A stretch of 64,000 nucleotides of DNA from Paraspadella gotoi (GCA_051294375.1 CM119265.1:2022311-2086310); one strand, 5' to 3'; positions 1-17,562 are shown, numbered from the stretch's first letter. The notes: generated by a model not told the origin, from the letters alone. Program-made: numbers and translations.

Positions 1-953
1 GCCTTTTGTTCGCGCTAGTCGATAGATCGCGCGTTTATCAGAGTAAGAAAAACGAACAAAATAACATCGATAGATGAAAAAAAGAAAATCCAGGGGGAAG
101 CCGTCACGTGACCGGCCTCGACCAATGGGAGCCCGGCAAATCCCAAGCCGGCTCCCTCCCTCATCCGGGTATACGAAAGCCTCAATTCTTTTTTCGTGCT
201 CATCTAGTTCGGTTGTTTCCTTACTGATTTCGCGTTTTTTCTTGACTTTTTCACGATTTTCTCGTATATCTACGTTCGAAACCCGCTCATTAGAAGTCAA
301 GTAGAGACGAACGTTCGGACAAGAAGTCTGACAGCCGAAAACGTTCGGACATGTCTCTAAACGTAGAGAGGGTTTGGAGATCCCTCGGGGCTTGAAGGTC
401 CTAGGGAGACCGAGCGGTCTCGCCCCACCGCCACCTGCCCCACCGCACCGCCTTCTCCCCCTTTTACCGTGGTTTTTGGCAGCCGATTCCGTCGGAGTTG
501 GGGACTCGGCCCGTACCAACCGACACTTTCCGTTGCCCGGCCGAGCGGTGGGGCTTAGTCCGAGGCGCCCTCTCTCGCTGCTCTCGGACCTAGTGGCGGC
601 CGGTCTGGTCATCCCCCACTGCCGGATGACGAGACCAGAGGACTGGAGTCTGTCCTTACGACGATGGTTTCGTCACTGAACAGCTTTTAGGAAGGATTTC
701 GACGATTTTCGCCGCGAGTCTCAGCGGCGTTTCGACGCTTTGGGGCGGTGAGTTTTTCCCGCCAGATGGCGTAGTGGGGGTTTTAGCTCGTTTTTCAAAC
801 GCCTCGCCTCCCTCTTTTGTTTCTCCTTTATTTCTTTCTTTCTTTTTTCGAATTATTCGATTTTTGGAATTTTAGAATTTTATTTCGTCTGTTTCGATCG
901 AAATAATTTTGTTGAAATAACCGCTTTCCTCCGCCTCTTGGCATGGGGCATTT

Positions 954-1598
954 CGTGGCGAGGCGGACCGATATGAGAATTTTTAATTCCTTTATGGAAT
1001 ATTAATTCTATATCGGTCCGCCTCGCCACGATCCACCGTCGTCCGCCCCTTTTTGTCTCCTACCATGCTTTTTCGTGGCTTTGGCGTGGCTTAGGGAAAG
1101 GGGGTTGGGGAGAAGGGAGGGGGGGGGTTCGGGAGTTTTTTCCGTTTATTTCTCGCGCTAATTTTGTTTACCGCTTACGTTTTTTTACATGTGACGATTC
1201 CATATCGGTCCGGTTTTTCTCTCCACTACGCTTCGCCTCGTTTGACGAGTCTCGAATTCCTTCCATGCTGTTCCGACTCCAGTAGGCGGCCCCCTCTCAG
1301 ATCGGGCGCCCGCCTCGGACCGTCACACGGTCTCGCCTCTACCCAAGCGTCATCGATCCCACACAGTGCCAGATCCGGACGCCATGTACTCCTCCGATTC
1401 AGCGGAGGAGGGAGAAGTTTCGTCTTCGGATGACGACATCGGCGGTTTTCGACGGCTTCCTGCCCACGAGCAGGTCAGCGCCGGTTCCAGGTTCGTTACA
1501 TGGCGTTTTCTTCGCTGCGTTGGGGAAGGGGTCTTCCTCACGGCCAACTGGAACTTGCTGGGATATAGAATTAATATTCCATAAAGGAATTAAAAATT
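954..1598. repeat. Nested inverted-repeat structure, probable transposon remnant
   Basis: Perfect 21-bp arms at 954-974/1010-1030. The segment 978-1014 is the exact reverse complement of 1562-1598 (37 bp). Confidence 0.6.
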
Positions 1599-1627
1599 TT
1601 ATTCCACGCCGACTCCTTTTTCTATAG

Positions 1628-3611
1628 GCTCCCCTTGCAATATCTACAGGTCCGATGTACGACGGTCGTCCTCAACGTCCGACTTCTCTCTACGAGATCC
1701 TCTGCCTTCGCCTCAATCACTTGGTCGGTCAACTTCCTCCTCGTTTCTTTCTTCTCGTCGAACCCTCCGTCCTCCGCCCCGTCGTCGAAGATCGCCCTCT
1801 GGCGGGGATGCTCGCCTCCGATCTTCTCTGCTTCCTGGCGCGGGTGGCGCCAAAGCAAGTGGCGTGGCGCCAGATGGTCTTTCTGACGGAGGTGTTTCGG
1901 ATGTCGAAGGGAAATAGGACGCTCGAGGTTCGTTACAAGAATAGGTATACGAATAAAATAACGAAATATACAAGTACTTTGTAATTATAATTATAAGAGT
2001 TTAATTTCAATTGCATATTGTCGTCTTGACGTTGAGACAACATATACGTCTAAAACTTTTTCGGTTCATTGTCTCAAATTCAAAATTAGTGTTTTGGACA
2101 TTTATATTAAATTATTAAATTATTATATTAAATTATTAAATTAAATTATTAATTAATTAATATGAAACCGACTCCAGCGCCTCTTGACACGATTGTACGA
2201 GTTTCTCCCTTCGTCTCGACGCGATGAACTTCGCCTTCGATTTCCCATCGCGAATTATCCTTCGCTCTGGTGCCTCTTCTCTCTCAGGGATTCCCCGGTG
2301 GCGGCTAAAGTATTACTATCAGTAACTTTTCATAATTAAAATTTATTTCAAATGTTTAAATCTTGAATCCTATTCTAACCCCCTTAGGAACTCTTCCTCA
2401 AACTAACGGCCGACTGGAACGCGTGCGGCGACGACGCCGTCGAGTTCGCCGCCACGGTCCGGCGCTGCGGTCGCATGATGTTCCGCCTCCGCGGCGCCGA
2501 CCTTTCCATCTTCGAGCGAATGATCCTCAAATTGATCAACGTGGTTTTGGGTCTTCTTCTCGATCCTCGATCCTCCAACGATTCCACTTCCCTCGATCCC
2601 GATTACCTCGTCTTCCTCGCCCACGCCCTCGACGTCACCCGCGACGCCGCCTTCGCCTCCGTCGACGAGATGCTCGACGACGACGACGCCCTTCGCGTCC
2701 TCCGCTTTTGCCGCCAACGACTCGATCGCGATCCTGTCGACGAGCGGTTCGACCAAGCCGTCTCCTGTTTACTGCTCGCTCTTTCGACACGCCGCTTCGG
2801 CGACCGGCGCCGCGAAGAGGCGCTGGAAGCGTTCATGCGGGCGGCGGCGATGCTGGCGCGGAGAAAGAACGCTTTCGCGGCGCTCAATTCTCTTCGCGCT
2901 CTGGAACGGCGCTCCGGCGTCGAAGACGACGCTCACTTCATCGCGGCGTTCCTGGTGTCCGACGAGGAACTGCGGCGAATCGCGCTCGGATTTTTCGCGA
3001 AAGAGATTGGCGGCGGCGGCGGCGGCGGCGGCGGCGTCGCTGGTGCGGTTAACATTTACGCGGTGCTGAAGAAGCAGTCCGAGTCTTTGTTCGAACTGGA
3101 GAGAAAAAAGAAGGCATCTGGAGAGAGAGACGAGGAGACGGTAGACAAAGATAGAGACGGAGAGACGAAGGAAGTAAAAGGGAAAACGAAAAAAGAGGAA
3201 GAAGAAGAAAATGGAATGGATTTCGCTTTGATGGAAGACGACGACGACGACGAGATATTCTCTCAAGCCGTGAGCGAGGTCTTTGGGGAAGGCAAAGACG
3301 AACGCGACGAAAAATCGTCGTCGCAACATTCGGAAGCTTCAATCGTCTTGATCGGAGTTGAAGAGGGAAAGAAGATCGATTCCAAATCCGTCGAGAGAGA
3401 AGACCCCGAGACGATGGAGGGAAAAGAAAAGGAGGATAAGGACCTCCAACGCCTCGTCGACAACTCCCTCGTGGAACTCCGCGTCGGCGTCGAGACTCTC
3501 GCTTCTCATTGTCGAATCTGGAAAGGATCGTCGAGTCGAGACGGAAAACTTCCGAGTCGAACTCAAGAGGAGATTCGTCGATTGCGTCAAGAGTTGAAAA
3601 AGTGTATCTGA
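1628..3611 (+). CDS. FIRRM: 3' part of a FIRRM/C1orf112-like (FIGNL1-interacting) protein; exons ~1628-1927, 2178-2309, 2388-3611; 5' exons not identified in the window
   Basis: Three exons join in phase 0 via GT-AG introns. Peptides SLYEILCLRL...LASDLLCFLAR and RLLTRLYEFL...LW resemble the recalled C1orf112 segments LYQHVCVHL...LAMDAWCFLAR...LLKRLFFF. Confidence 0.65.
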
Positions 3612-3923
3612 TTTTGATATTAGAATTAAGTTTTATTTTGAGATAATTATTGTTTGCCTATGCACGTAAATCTCATAATGAAACTAATGCTAATAAGTCC
3701 TTGTGGATGAGATTGAAAGTGACTCTCATCTCTATTTTTTTCGTCGATGCCTTTTTTCCCCCCTCTTTTTGACTTTTGTTTTTGGTTCTTGTTAAAAATA
3801 TTTAAATTGTTTCGTTCTGTTTGGAGATATATTATTATTAACGCGTTTTTTTTCTTGTTACGTTTACACCCAGAACGACGTATATCATGTGTTGAAGCTA
3901 TTTTAAGAAAGAATCTCGTCAAA

Positions 3924-4631
3924 ATGTTAAGACTCACGACGACTTGCCGAGTCATCGCCGTCGTCGGCCGCGAAACGTTGGAGTCGGCGACGTCGCGTCT
4001 TCGATCGACGCCGGAAGTGACGCCGGTTTTGGCACCGGCGACGCGTAGATCGGAAAGGAGCGCCGAGTTCCATTCGTCGGCGTCGCTGGCTAAAACTCGA
4101 GCGGGAAAATTTTATCCTACGAGTAAGATTGCTGTTTGAAAGTTCCACTTGACGATGATTCACCACTGTCGGTCATCGTCTTAATGACTGAGCGGGCTAA
4201 ATCTTCTCCATTGAATCCTGCTTCATGGGTTCAATCCCTGGGTATCCAGTGTCAAGAGGCAGTCACAGAGGGTCTGTATTTCCCAAAGGCGATCCTAACA
4301 TTTCCATACCCTTTTTATCTGCTCATTAGCTCATGTTGGTGTCAATTAAAATAAAACTAAAAAAGGTCGGTCAGTCCGTAAATAATGCACGTTTATGCTC
4401 CTTCCTCTTTCCCAAATCTAGAGAACCAGTCGAACCACCTGACCTACGAGATGTCTCAACGACCTCAATACGTCGGCGTCACCAAATCCTGGAACACTAT
4501 CAACGCCGCCAACTTCTTCGTCCACGATCGTCCGCGCGACAAGGCCCACGTCGCCATCGAAGACATCTTCATCAGGAAGTTTGTTCGAGGAGTTTGGCAC
4601 GGGCTCTTTGCGTCCGAGCTTGTTATTAAGA

Positions 4632-4676
<45 letters not shown>

Positions 4677-5683
4677 AGTCTTACTTCTTCAACTCAGGAA
4701 ACTTAACGTGATCACACTCTGCGGATTCGTGATTCGGTCGGGACTCTCGCCGAAAAAAATGTACTTTCTCATCGTGAGTTCCGTTTTTTTTTCTTTTCTT
4801 TTTTTTTGAAAGGGAGAGAGAGAGAGGGGGGGGAGAAAACATCGTCAATGTTAATAACATCAACGGAATGGACCTATAAACGGACTTGGTTGGCCTAGTG
4901 ATGTGATTGCTCGTCTCCTTCACGAATCATCAGAATACCGACGAATCACAGACCTTACTTCAACCTTAGAATGACCAATGACCGACAGAGGAACCGACGG
5001 AGGGATTGATGGTCAAAATTGCTAAGAGAACTCTAGGCATTCATCTCTACACCGAAACTCAAGAAAGAACTCTTCTTCAAATAATTATTGAAGAAGAGTT
5101 CTTTCTTGAGTTTCGGTGTAGAGATGAATGCCTAGTTCTCTTAGCAATTTTGACCATCAATCCCTCCGTCGGTTCCTCTGTCGGTCATTGGTCATTCTAA
5201 GGTTGAAGTAAGGTCTGTGATTCGTCGGTATTCTGATGATTCGTGAAGGAGACGAGCAATCACATCACTAGGCCAACCAAGTCCGTTTATAGGTCCATTC
5301 CGTTGATGATAATATGGTGGACTAAAATCCACCAATCGTTCATCAGCGGCCATTGGTGCCGGAGGCAAGTCATTCGCCTCCCAACCCAAAGGTCCGGGGT
5401 TCTAGCCCGGTGGCCGCCTAGCAGTTAAGAGGGACGGGGCGCTTAACCCGCCTGTAACACGGTGTTACAGCCTGATCCGAAGCTCAGGGACTGCTTATAT
5501 TCAACGGTTCTGTCACTAACTCTTAACAATTATTACTGTCTCTTTAATAATTTATTAACCCCCCCCCATCATTTTCGTGAGGGCTTCACCGAAGAGATGC
5601 TGTCGGCTATCCTCAAGTGTCCCGTCAACATGGATTTCCAAACTGTGACCAGGGACAGGGACTTGACCTTCAAAAGCATTTGA
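3924..5683 (+). CDS. MRPS24: Mitochondrial ribosomal protein S24 (uS3m); exons 3924-4122, 4422-4632, 4698-4773, 5582-5683
   Basis: Spliced peptide KTRAGK...LTYEM...EDIFIRKFVRG...ELVIKRK...MYFLIGFTEEMLSAILKCPV..FQTV matches the MRPS24 pattern; Arg/Ser/Thr-rich presequence. Confidence 0.9.
4858..5308. repeat. ~450-bp near-perfect palindrome in MRPS24 intron 3
   Basis: 4858-~5080 is the reverse complement of ~5088-5308, with a 2-nt indel and one extra A at the TAATTA centre. Confidence 0.95.
5346..5417 (+). mobile_element. tRNA(Gly)-like sequence, probably a SINE head or tRNA pseudogene
   Basis: Acceptor stem GCGGCCA/TGGCCGC, T-arm CCGGG-GTTCTAG-CCCGG and TCGCCTCCCA (Gly-CCC-like loop); anticodon stem and D-arm are degenerate. 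Confidence 0.5.
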
Positions 5684-6252
5684 GTTTCGATGCTCAACTT
5701 TGTCACGAGGGGGAGGGACATTCGATCATTAACCACACGTCGGGTCTTTCTGACTCGACTCCTGCTCGACGGAAGAGTCGAGTGGTCAATGGAAGAGTCG
5801 ATTGGTCAATGGAAGATTCCGAATTTACGCCGTAAAGAAGGAGAAAAAAACTAAAATCCATTTTCCTTCCGTAAATTATAATCATTTTTCTCGTTCGACT
5901 TTTTGTCGTCTCGTGGTTTTCTTCGTTTTTTCCTCGGATCGCTCACCTGTTTGTCTATTAGTCTCACCCCCCTTATTTTTCCCCACCTCCTCATATCTCA
6001 TTCCTTTCTCTGCTCCTAATCTTCAACGTTTCTCGGATTCATGCCTCAATTTCCCTTCGCCTTCTCCCAATCCCTTTTATCGTCTTTCGTCCGCCTTAGC
6101 GCATTTCCTCCTTTTTTCTCCCCAAAGTTAAAAACTGTTTTGTTTTTCCCGTTGACAGAAAAAAATAAACAATTCGGGAATATCCTTTTTTTTAAAAAAA
6201 AAAAAGACTTTAAAAACGCCTCCAACAACAACAACCACAACGAGAAGAAAAG

Positions 6253-8364
6253 ATGGACGACCTAGAGACGTACAAGGCTCAGCTGGAGCAGGTGGAGGCG
6301 GCGTTGACGACGGATCCGGAGAGCGAGGATCTCCTCAAACTCAAGAAGGATCTCGACGAAGTCATCAACCTCACCATGGAGTTGGCGCAGGTGAGGCGCG
6401 AGGAGTGTTAGGGGGACGAATCCTCGGAAGTGTCAAGTCGAGGCGTGGCGGAAAGTCTCGCTCCAACCAGGGGATGATTGATTGTAGCAGATATATCCCT
6501 CTGTTATATGATCACCCTGGAATCTACGCTGTAATAGATCAGAAGAGAAACATTTTAATTGCAACAATTCAGTAAATAAATTGTAATTTCTAGTATATTC
6601 GTTTATGAAACGAACTTTATCTCCTTCCGCCCCCTTCCCTCCTCCTCTTAACTCACCTCTGCAGCCGACGGCGTCGACTTCCTTCACGTCCGCCTTCACC
6701 GACGAGTCGGCCTCCTCCTCCTCATCCCCTTTCTCCTCGTCCCGCTCCGCTCCGCCGGCGCCGGCTGCCGCTCCCGCCAACCCCGCCTCTCAGAGCGTCT
6801 TCGCGACGGCGAGATCGAAACACGCTCGAGCTTGGAAGCCGGGTGGGTCTCGTTGTGGGGGGTTGGGGTGGAGGAAGGAAGGGGGGTTGTTAAGGAAAGG
6901 GGGTTGGATTTTGTTTGTACTCAACTAATCGATGCGTCGTATTTAATCCCGCAGTTCCCCTTTTTTCTCTTTTTTTTTTTTTTTTCGCCGAATTCTCTCT
7001 TTTCTACTGATCTTTTTTCTCTCTCTATCTCTCTCACGCCCTCTGAACTCTCTCTGTCTCTCGTACTTTCTCTCATTCTCTCTCTAGCTCGAGAAAAGGT
7101 TTAAGTGAAATCGTGACGTGCGCTCGAAATATCACCCGATATCTCTCTCGTCCTCTCGCGGCGCCGGCGTCGCCCTTTGACGTCGCGCCCCCATGGGTGG
7201 CGCCGCCAAATTCCTCGAGAAATGTTTTGGGCGCCGCAGGTGACGGATAATTTGCAGGGCCTGGAAATGGACAGACGGCGATCGCGCGGGCGACGTCCTT
7301 TTTTTTTTTTTTTACATTTTACGTCTTTTTATATTTTTTCCCAAAGAATTTTACCTAAGAAACTATTTTTGTTTCTCGATTTCTTTCTCTGGTAGGCGGT
7401 GAGAGAAGCGCCAACGACCGAGATATACTTTATTAGAGTGAGTTAATATTTAATTATTTTTTTAACGCCATACTGTAAAGTTAAACATGTGAATAGCGTT
7501 AAACAATATTTTTTTTTAAAAAAGAGTACTTTTTTTAAAACCCGCGATGGTGCTGCGTTGCCTCGCTTTGCCGATATTAACGTGTGTTTCTCTCCCTGCT
7601 CCCATCCCCGCCACAACTTTCATTACCACTACCACTCCATCGTCTCGACATCGCGCCACCACGCCACGCCGTCCCCACCCTTCAGGCGACCGTTGCATGG
7701 CTCCATGGAATGACGGGAAATTCCACCCTGCGAAGATCGATGAAATCATTGACGAGAACGTCTGTTCCGTTGCTTTCGAAGGATATGGTCAGACCGAGGT
7801 GGCCATGCTGACAAAGATTTTGCCCTACTTTAAGGACGACAGCGTGAGTTATGAATTAATAAATGATTAGATAAATAATTCTTAGGTAGAGAGAGATTTA
7901 ATCTTGCAACCTCATTGCTGCCACCAAGTGAAAAAATATTTGAATAATTTTTCAACTTTTTTCCAGGACGCGCCTGGAAAGCGAGCCATGTCAAAGAGAG
8001 ATCTGGTGGAGAGAGAGAAGGAGAGGAAGAAGAAGAAGAAGGCGAGGTGGATGGACAAAGTGAAGGAGATCGAGGAGACGCGGGAGAAGGAAAAGGACAA
8101 GTGGCAGCACTTCAACCAAAAGGCCATCAGCAGGAGCAAGAAGGGTGAGTCTTTGTTGGACTAGAGAAGCGATGCATCCTAGAGGCTTGACTTGACTCTC
8201 TCCCAACTCCAGGCACGATCAAGAAAAGCATCTTTGCCACCCCGGAAGATGGGCGTGGCCGCGTTGGCTTCGGCACGTGCGGCATGGGAGGCAAGGACAT
8301 GACCAAGAACGAGAAGGTCACGCACTGGAAGCCCACGCACGAGCAGGCCAACAGGCGGAAGTGA
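6253..8364 (+). CDS. SMNDC1: Survival motor neuron domain-containing 1 / SPF30; exons 6253-6390, 6665-6842, 7686-7843, 7967-8144, 8213-8364
   Basis: YKAQLEQVEAALTTDP..DLLKLKKDL; Tudor domain WKPGDRCMAPW.DGKFHPAKI...FEGYG; C-terminal SIFATPE...GRVGFGTCG. Confidence 0.93.
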
Positions 8365-9092
8365 TCTCTGGGCTCTAATCGACCGGCTGGCTTGACACGA
8401 AGGAAATATTTGAGAGCACGCTGTCAGTTATGGGTTTTTTGGGGTGGTTCTTATTTTCGGTTAACGTTTGTATGTATTTATCAATTTGACAGCATTACTG
8501 TCTCGTAATTAATCGAAGTTATATGTATTTAAGTATACCAACCCCTTTTGTTATTTACCCTCAAAAGACCCTACACAAATGAGAAACGTTTATCAAATTT
8601 ATGCGTTGTTATTTATCGTCGATTAAATTTGTATTTGTATTTTTTCACTTTCATGATCGACCGTCTTTTGTTTGACCGACCGACCGAACTGGAATTCCCT
8701 CGGTCAAGATTGTCTTAAAAGACAAACTCGTCTCGTTTGTTCTTTTAATTTTGTATGCATTGCGATGTACAGCTGTGATGCAGTGTGATTGCTGCAATAT
8801 GACGCGCCTTTTCTTAATCCATAGTCCGTCTTTTACGACTAAGAACAACATTTTATTTCTTTCTTTTTTTTTTTTTTAATTTTTTTTCGCTTCGTTTAAA
8901 TTCGAATTTGTGACTCGTGCGAATCTTTAGTTTAATTTTGTATATCTCCTTTCATCCTTTCACTTGTATAATTGACGCCTACTTCACTTTAAATTAGCTT
9001 ATTTTATGAAGCATTCCTCTTTCGCCAATTAAAGAAGCCCAACGATCTCTAAAAGAACAATTGTAATATAATATAATATATAATAATTATAA

Positions 9093-12406
<3,314 letters not shown>

Positions 12407-13108
12407 TGTTGATGTTGATGATGCTGGAGAAACTGATGGAGACGACGATCTTACCCACCGCCCCCCCAATGTCGTCGTCGTCGTCGTCGCTCCCATCCAC
12501 TTTTTTTTCTCTCTCGACTTTTTCCGTCGCCTTCGACAAAATATTGACGCTGTTTTTTTTTTACTTACTAACGTTTCTTCATGTTCTCACAGATGTACGT
12601 TGGTTACATTGTTTATACAATATACATCAACTGTTGCTTGTTGACTTTCCCCGTCGCCCATTTTTTCGTCGTTACGATTTCCGAGTCTTGAATTCGATTG
12701 TTAAGTTGAAACTTTAAAAAAAAAAAAGAAACTTGGTTAAACTTATATGGGTTGTTATCATATTTTTTTTATATACGTTCGTCCAACGTCCATTTTTTCT
12801 CTCTCTCTCATGCTCGGATCAACGACTTTATTTTTTTGGATATTTTTATTTTACAGGTAAATTAAGGGAAATTTGTTAAACCCGCGCCTTCCATATTTGT
12901 GACTGAAATGACTTGATAAAAATGTTCTTCCTTCAGTCGCGGAACGGTTATCAATTAAAACGTTTTTCATTGACATTGATGAGCTGTTAAAAGTTGAGGC
13001 TTGTTTGAAACCAAACTTCACTTTTAGTTTTAGTACAAATCTGTCATTTTTGCGCGATTCCTCCTCTTCCTCCTCCTCTTCTTCCTCAACATTCCCCCCC
13101 CCCCGAAA

Positions 13109-14140
13109 ATGGACCTCCTCAAGTCTGACGTGGAAGTCTTCGAGGGAGTCTTCGTCAAGATGCTCGACCTTTTCGCCGCCGAACTCTCCTCGGGAGGTTG
13201 GAGCATCTTCCGCACGGAGAAACACATCATCATGGAGATTTCGCCCAAGCGGTCGTCGGAGACCGAGACGCCGCCGACGAAGATAGAAGTTGACAGCATC
13301 CAAGGCGTCACGCTCGACTCCGGCGACGCGGCGTCGGCGGCGGAAGAGACGCGCGACGGCGCCGCGAGTCGATTCGGCTTCGTCGCCGATTCTTCCCTCG
13401 ATTCTTCCCTCGAGGATTTCGACGCCGGTTTCCATGAAAACGGCGTCATCGTTCCCGAGAATTCCTTTCGCGATCTCGATTTCGACGCCGCCGTCGACGA
13501 GGCCTTGGGTCCGGTGCTTCATTGGACGGCGCCCACGACGCCGATCGATGACGAAACGGCGCTGGTGGACGTGAAGCCTCTCTTCGTCGGACCCGACCTC
13601 CAAGTTCGCTGCGTCCAGTGCGACAAGACATTCGCCAACGTTCGTCATCTTCGTCGTCACGTCAAAGCCGTTCATCTCGGACTCAAACACAAGTGCGACT
13701 ATTGCGGCGGACTCTACGCTCGACACGACGGACTGCTAAATCACATCAACTCAATTCACTTGACCGTCGGCCGGCGGCGGCGAGATCCCGGCGGCGGCGG
13801 CGAAAAAACGCCGCCGTTTGAGAAGAAAAAGTCGGAGCCGCCTCCGTCGCCGCTTCGCAAGATGAATCACCGCCAGCCGCGAAAGGACCTCGTCTGCGCC
13901 AGGAAGCTACGCGGAGAAGATGGGCGGTCCCTGATGGAATGTCCCTATTGCAGGCGTCAATGGGACTCTTGCACGTTGCTGCAGATGCACCTCAAGACTT
14001 CGCACAAGGGGAAGATCCATCTCTGCCAACAGTGCTACACTCTCTTCATTAGTCCCTGGAAACTCAAGCGTCATTTGGAGGTTCACAAGAAGCAACCGAT
14101 CTTGGAAAACGCTGGCGGCCCGGCGGAGCTCAACTCATGA
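13109..14140 (+). CDS. C2H2 zinc-finger protein (4 fingers), intronless
   Basis: 343-aa ORF with four fingers: CVQC..H..H, CDYC..H..H, CPYC..H..H, CQQC..H..H. Confidence 0.85.
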   Translation: MDLLKSDVEVFEGVFVKMLDLFAAELSSGGWSIFRTEKHIIMEISPKRSSETETPPTKIEVDSIQGVTLDSGDAASAAEETRDGAASRFGFVADSSLDSSLEDFDAGFHENGVIVPENSFRDLDFDAAVDEALGPVLHWTAPTTPIDDETALVDVKPLFVGPDLQVRCVQCDKTFANVRHLRRHVKAVHLGLKHKCDYCGGLYARHDGLLNHINSIHLTVGRRRRDPGGGGEKTPPFEKKKSEPPPSPLRKMNHRQPRKDLVCARKLRGEDGRSLMECPYCRRQWDSCTLLQMHLKTSHKGKIHLCQQCYTLFISPWKLKRHLEVHKKQPILENAGGPAELNS

Positions 14141-14356
14141 ATTATGCTTTACTTTTTTCCACGGAAAAAAAAATCCTTTTTTTTTAATTAATTTAAAATC
14201 CCTCGTCCTATTTATACTTAGTCATTTTATTTTTTTTGATAATTAGAAAAAAAAAGTGTGGAGTTGTCCCGTTCCAAAAAAAATTTACAATTTAGACTAG
14301 TATTGTCAACTTGAGTTTATAATTTATTCCCGGCCGTGCAAACGGATACAGATAGT

Positions 14357-14407
<51 letters not shown>

Positions 14408-14612
14408 CTTGCTTAATAATCAAAGATCTCGCTATTCTCTAATTTTTTTTTTCAATAAATGTGATCGCCATATACTTAGTCTTATCATCATCGCTTGTCT
14501 ATTTTATATTTTTAATGTTAATTTGTGATAACGAAGATCTTAAATTTTAAACGTTTTCTTCGTGTCGCAGTTTTTTCTAATTTAAACAAACAAAGAATCT
14601 CCCTTTTCCGGG

Positions 14613-15125
14613 ATGCCTCGCTCTCGCTCCCGCTCCCCGGGTCGACGCGATCGTCACCGCCGCTCCCGATCTCGCTCTCACGATCGTCGTCGTCATCGTC
14701 ACCGCGATCGATCTCGCTCCCCCGGCGGATCCTCTCGCTCTCACCATCGCTCGCACAAACGGTCTCGGTCTCGCTCTCCCGGCGCCGGACACCGACGCCG
14801 CCGCTCCAAGTCTCCCGACATTTTCAACAAGGCGGCGCCGCCGAGCGCCTCGCGTCATTCGACGGAATTGGACGTGACGACGGGCGCCACGAATCCGGAG
14901 ATGCTCACTCCCGACCTGCAGGCGCCCGTCGATGGAGAGTTGACTGAGGAATCTCTGGCGATGATGGAACTCATGGGATTCGGTGGATTCGATTCAACCA
15001 AAGGGAAAAAGCACACGGACGGATCCACCAAAGCTCATGGGTCCAGTCTGCAAGTCAAGAGAAAGTACAGGCAGTACATGAACAGGCGGGGGGGCTTCAA
15101 CAGGCCCTTGGACAGAGTCGCTTGA
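14613..15125 (+). CDS. SNRNP27: U4/U6.U5 tri-snRNP 27 kDa protein, intronless
   Basis: RS-rich N-terminus; [16 protein letters not shown] and [19 protein letters not shown] signatures. Confidence 0.95.
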   Translation: MPRSRSRSPGRRDRHRRSRSRSHDRRRHRHRDRSRSPGGSSRSHHRSHKRSRSRSPGAGHRRRRSKSPDIFNKAAPPSASRHSTELDVTTGATNPEMLTPDLQAPVDGELTEESLAMMELMGFGGFDSTKGKKHTDGSTKAHGSSLQVKRKYRQYMNRRGGFNRPLDRVA

Positions 15126-15651
15126 TAAATCTTTCTTTTCCTTTCTTAGTTATTATTGCCTTTCATTTTTTTCGCTTTTTTTTTTCTGGAAACGACTGTC
15201 ATTTTCTGTTCAGAATGAGACGGTTTCTGTATCATAAGTAAAATAAGCATTGTAAAATCCTAAAATATGCCTAATAATAAAACGGTACAAAAATCAATTG
15301 AACTTAAAATGATTTACTACTATATACATTTAGTATTGTTCTTACACTTGAAATCTTATTCTTCATTATTTTTGTTCCGTAATCGGTAATGTATAGATAA
15401 ATTATTGACCGTGTTATCATTCCAGACCAAAACACTTAACAAAAATCGCACACACACCCATTCGTCCACAAATTAGTACTGTTTGAAAAAAACATTTGCT
15501 TAGAATTAGATATTGGATAATATCTGATCAACTAAATTTGGAATTAACAACGAAACAAGGCCTGAAAACCTCTACAAAGAAAAAAAAAACAAAAAAAAAC
15601 ACAAAAACTAAAATCTATAAACAATTTTTCCTCAACTAATTACATTAATAG

Positions 15652-16349
<698 letters not shown>

Positions 16350-17562
16350 GTCCCCCCCCCCCAAAAAAAAAAGGGGCCGGCGGCGGATCTCGTTTTCCAC
16401 ACTTTTTTTTTGGATCATCTTTTTTTTTAGAAATCAACGGAATAGAACTATAGAACCTGTTGGGCCTCGTCGGGGGCGTGGGGTGTCGGATCGACGTTGA
16501 CGTTTAATAAATCAAGGAGGGTAATTATTAAGTGAAGGCAAGGTATTAGGTTGTCAATAGTTTTATTTATGACGGACAATGATAAAGTTGTTGACAAGGG
16601 TGCTGACATCTGTGAATAGTAGGCTGATGAAGACTACCAGACTACAAGACTGCAAGGCCAACCAGATCCGTCCATAGGTATATTCCGTTGATATTAGGAA
16701 GCAATTTTTTTGAAAAATAAAAAAGAAAACTTTGTATTTCTTAATGTGTTGTTGTACAATTGAAATGAATATATATAATCTGTTAGGCAGGAATCTCGCT
16801 AAAGATCTCTGTTTCTGATGAAAGTCTCGTTTTAGTCGAGCCTTCCTTTTCATTTTTTTTAATCGACTACATTTTGTACATTAGCACTTTAGTTTGTTGG
16901 ATAATTGTTTTACTTGACTTTTCTATACGTTACTTATTTTATTACGTCGACTAGTTAGAATGTTTCTTCAAAATGAGTGAGTAAACAGATCATTAAATTG
17001 AGTAACAGATGAGTAAAATGATAAATACGTAAGAACGAGTCTAGACGAAGACAAGGTGAGTCATGATTATTAAGCGCATTAAATTTTTGTTGTTAAGTGA
17101 AAGGTGAAACATAAATTAAATGCAAGAGACGTAGTCCCTTATAGCGTAAATGCTTGATCAAATATTGATCAAATTCGTAGAGGTATGAATACAAGTTATT
17201 TTATTTAATATTAATTATTAAGTGTTGTTTAAAAATTTGATACAAATATTTTTTATTGGAACTTATTTCGTATTTTGTAGACAAATTATTTAAAATAAAC
17301 TTTTTTCCTTTGGTGTTTTTTATTACATGTTATGATTGTTTTTTCTTACTTTCAGATGGACCGTTGAAACCAGTTCGATGAACTTAGGTGAAACTGAAAA
17401 AAATACGTATTTATTTAGTATTTCCTTACGACCAAGTATAAAAATCTTTGTTAAACTTTGGAACCTACGTATTTTATGGTACCAAGTACTTTAACAAAAA
17501 ACGATGGAATTCATTTAACTTTCACTTGTCTGCGTGAAAAAAAAAACAAAAAAACTGTCCAA

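Noticed and set aside
5232-5262. Hammerhead ribozyme-like CTGATGA..TCGT/ACGA stem in the palindrome arm
   Set aside because: The stem is followed by GCAA rather than the required GAAA, and no convincing stems I/III are present.
5346-5417. Functional tRNA-Gly gene
   Set aside because: The anticodon stem does not pair, the T-loop is atypical and no oligo-T terminator follows; treated as a tRNA-derived repeat.
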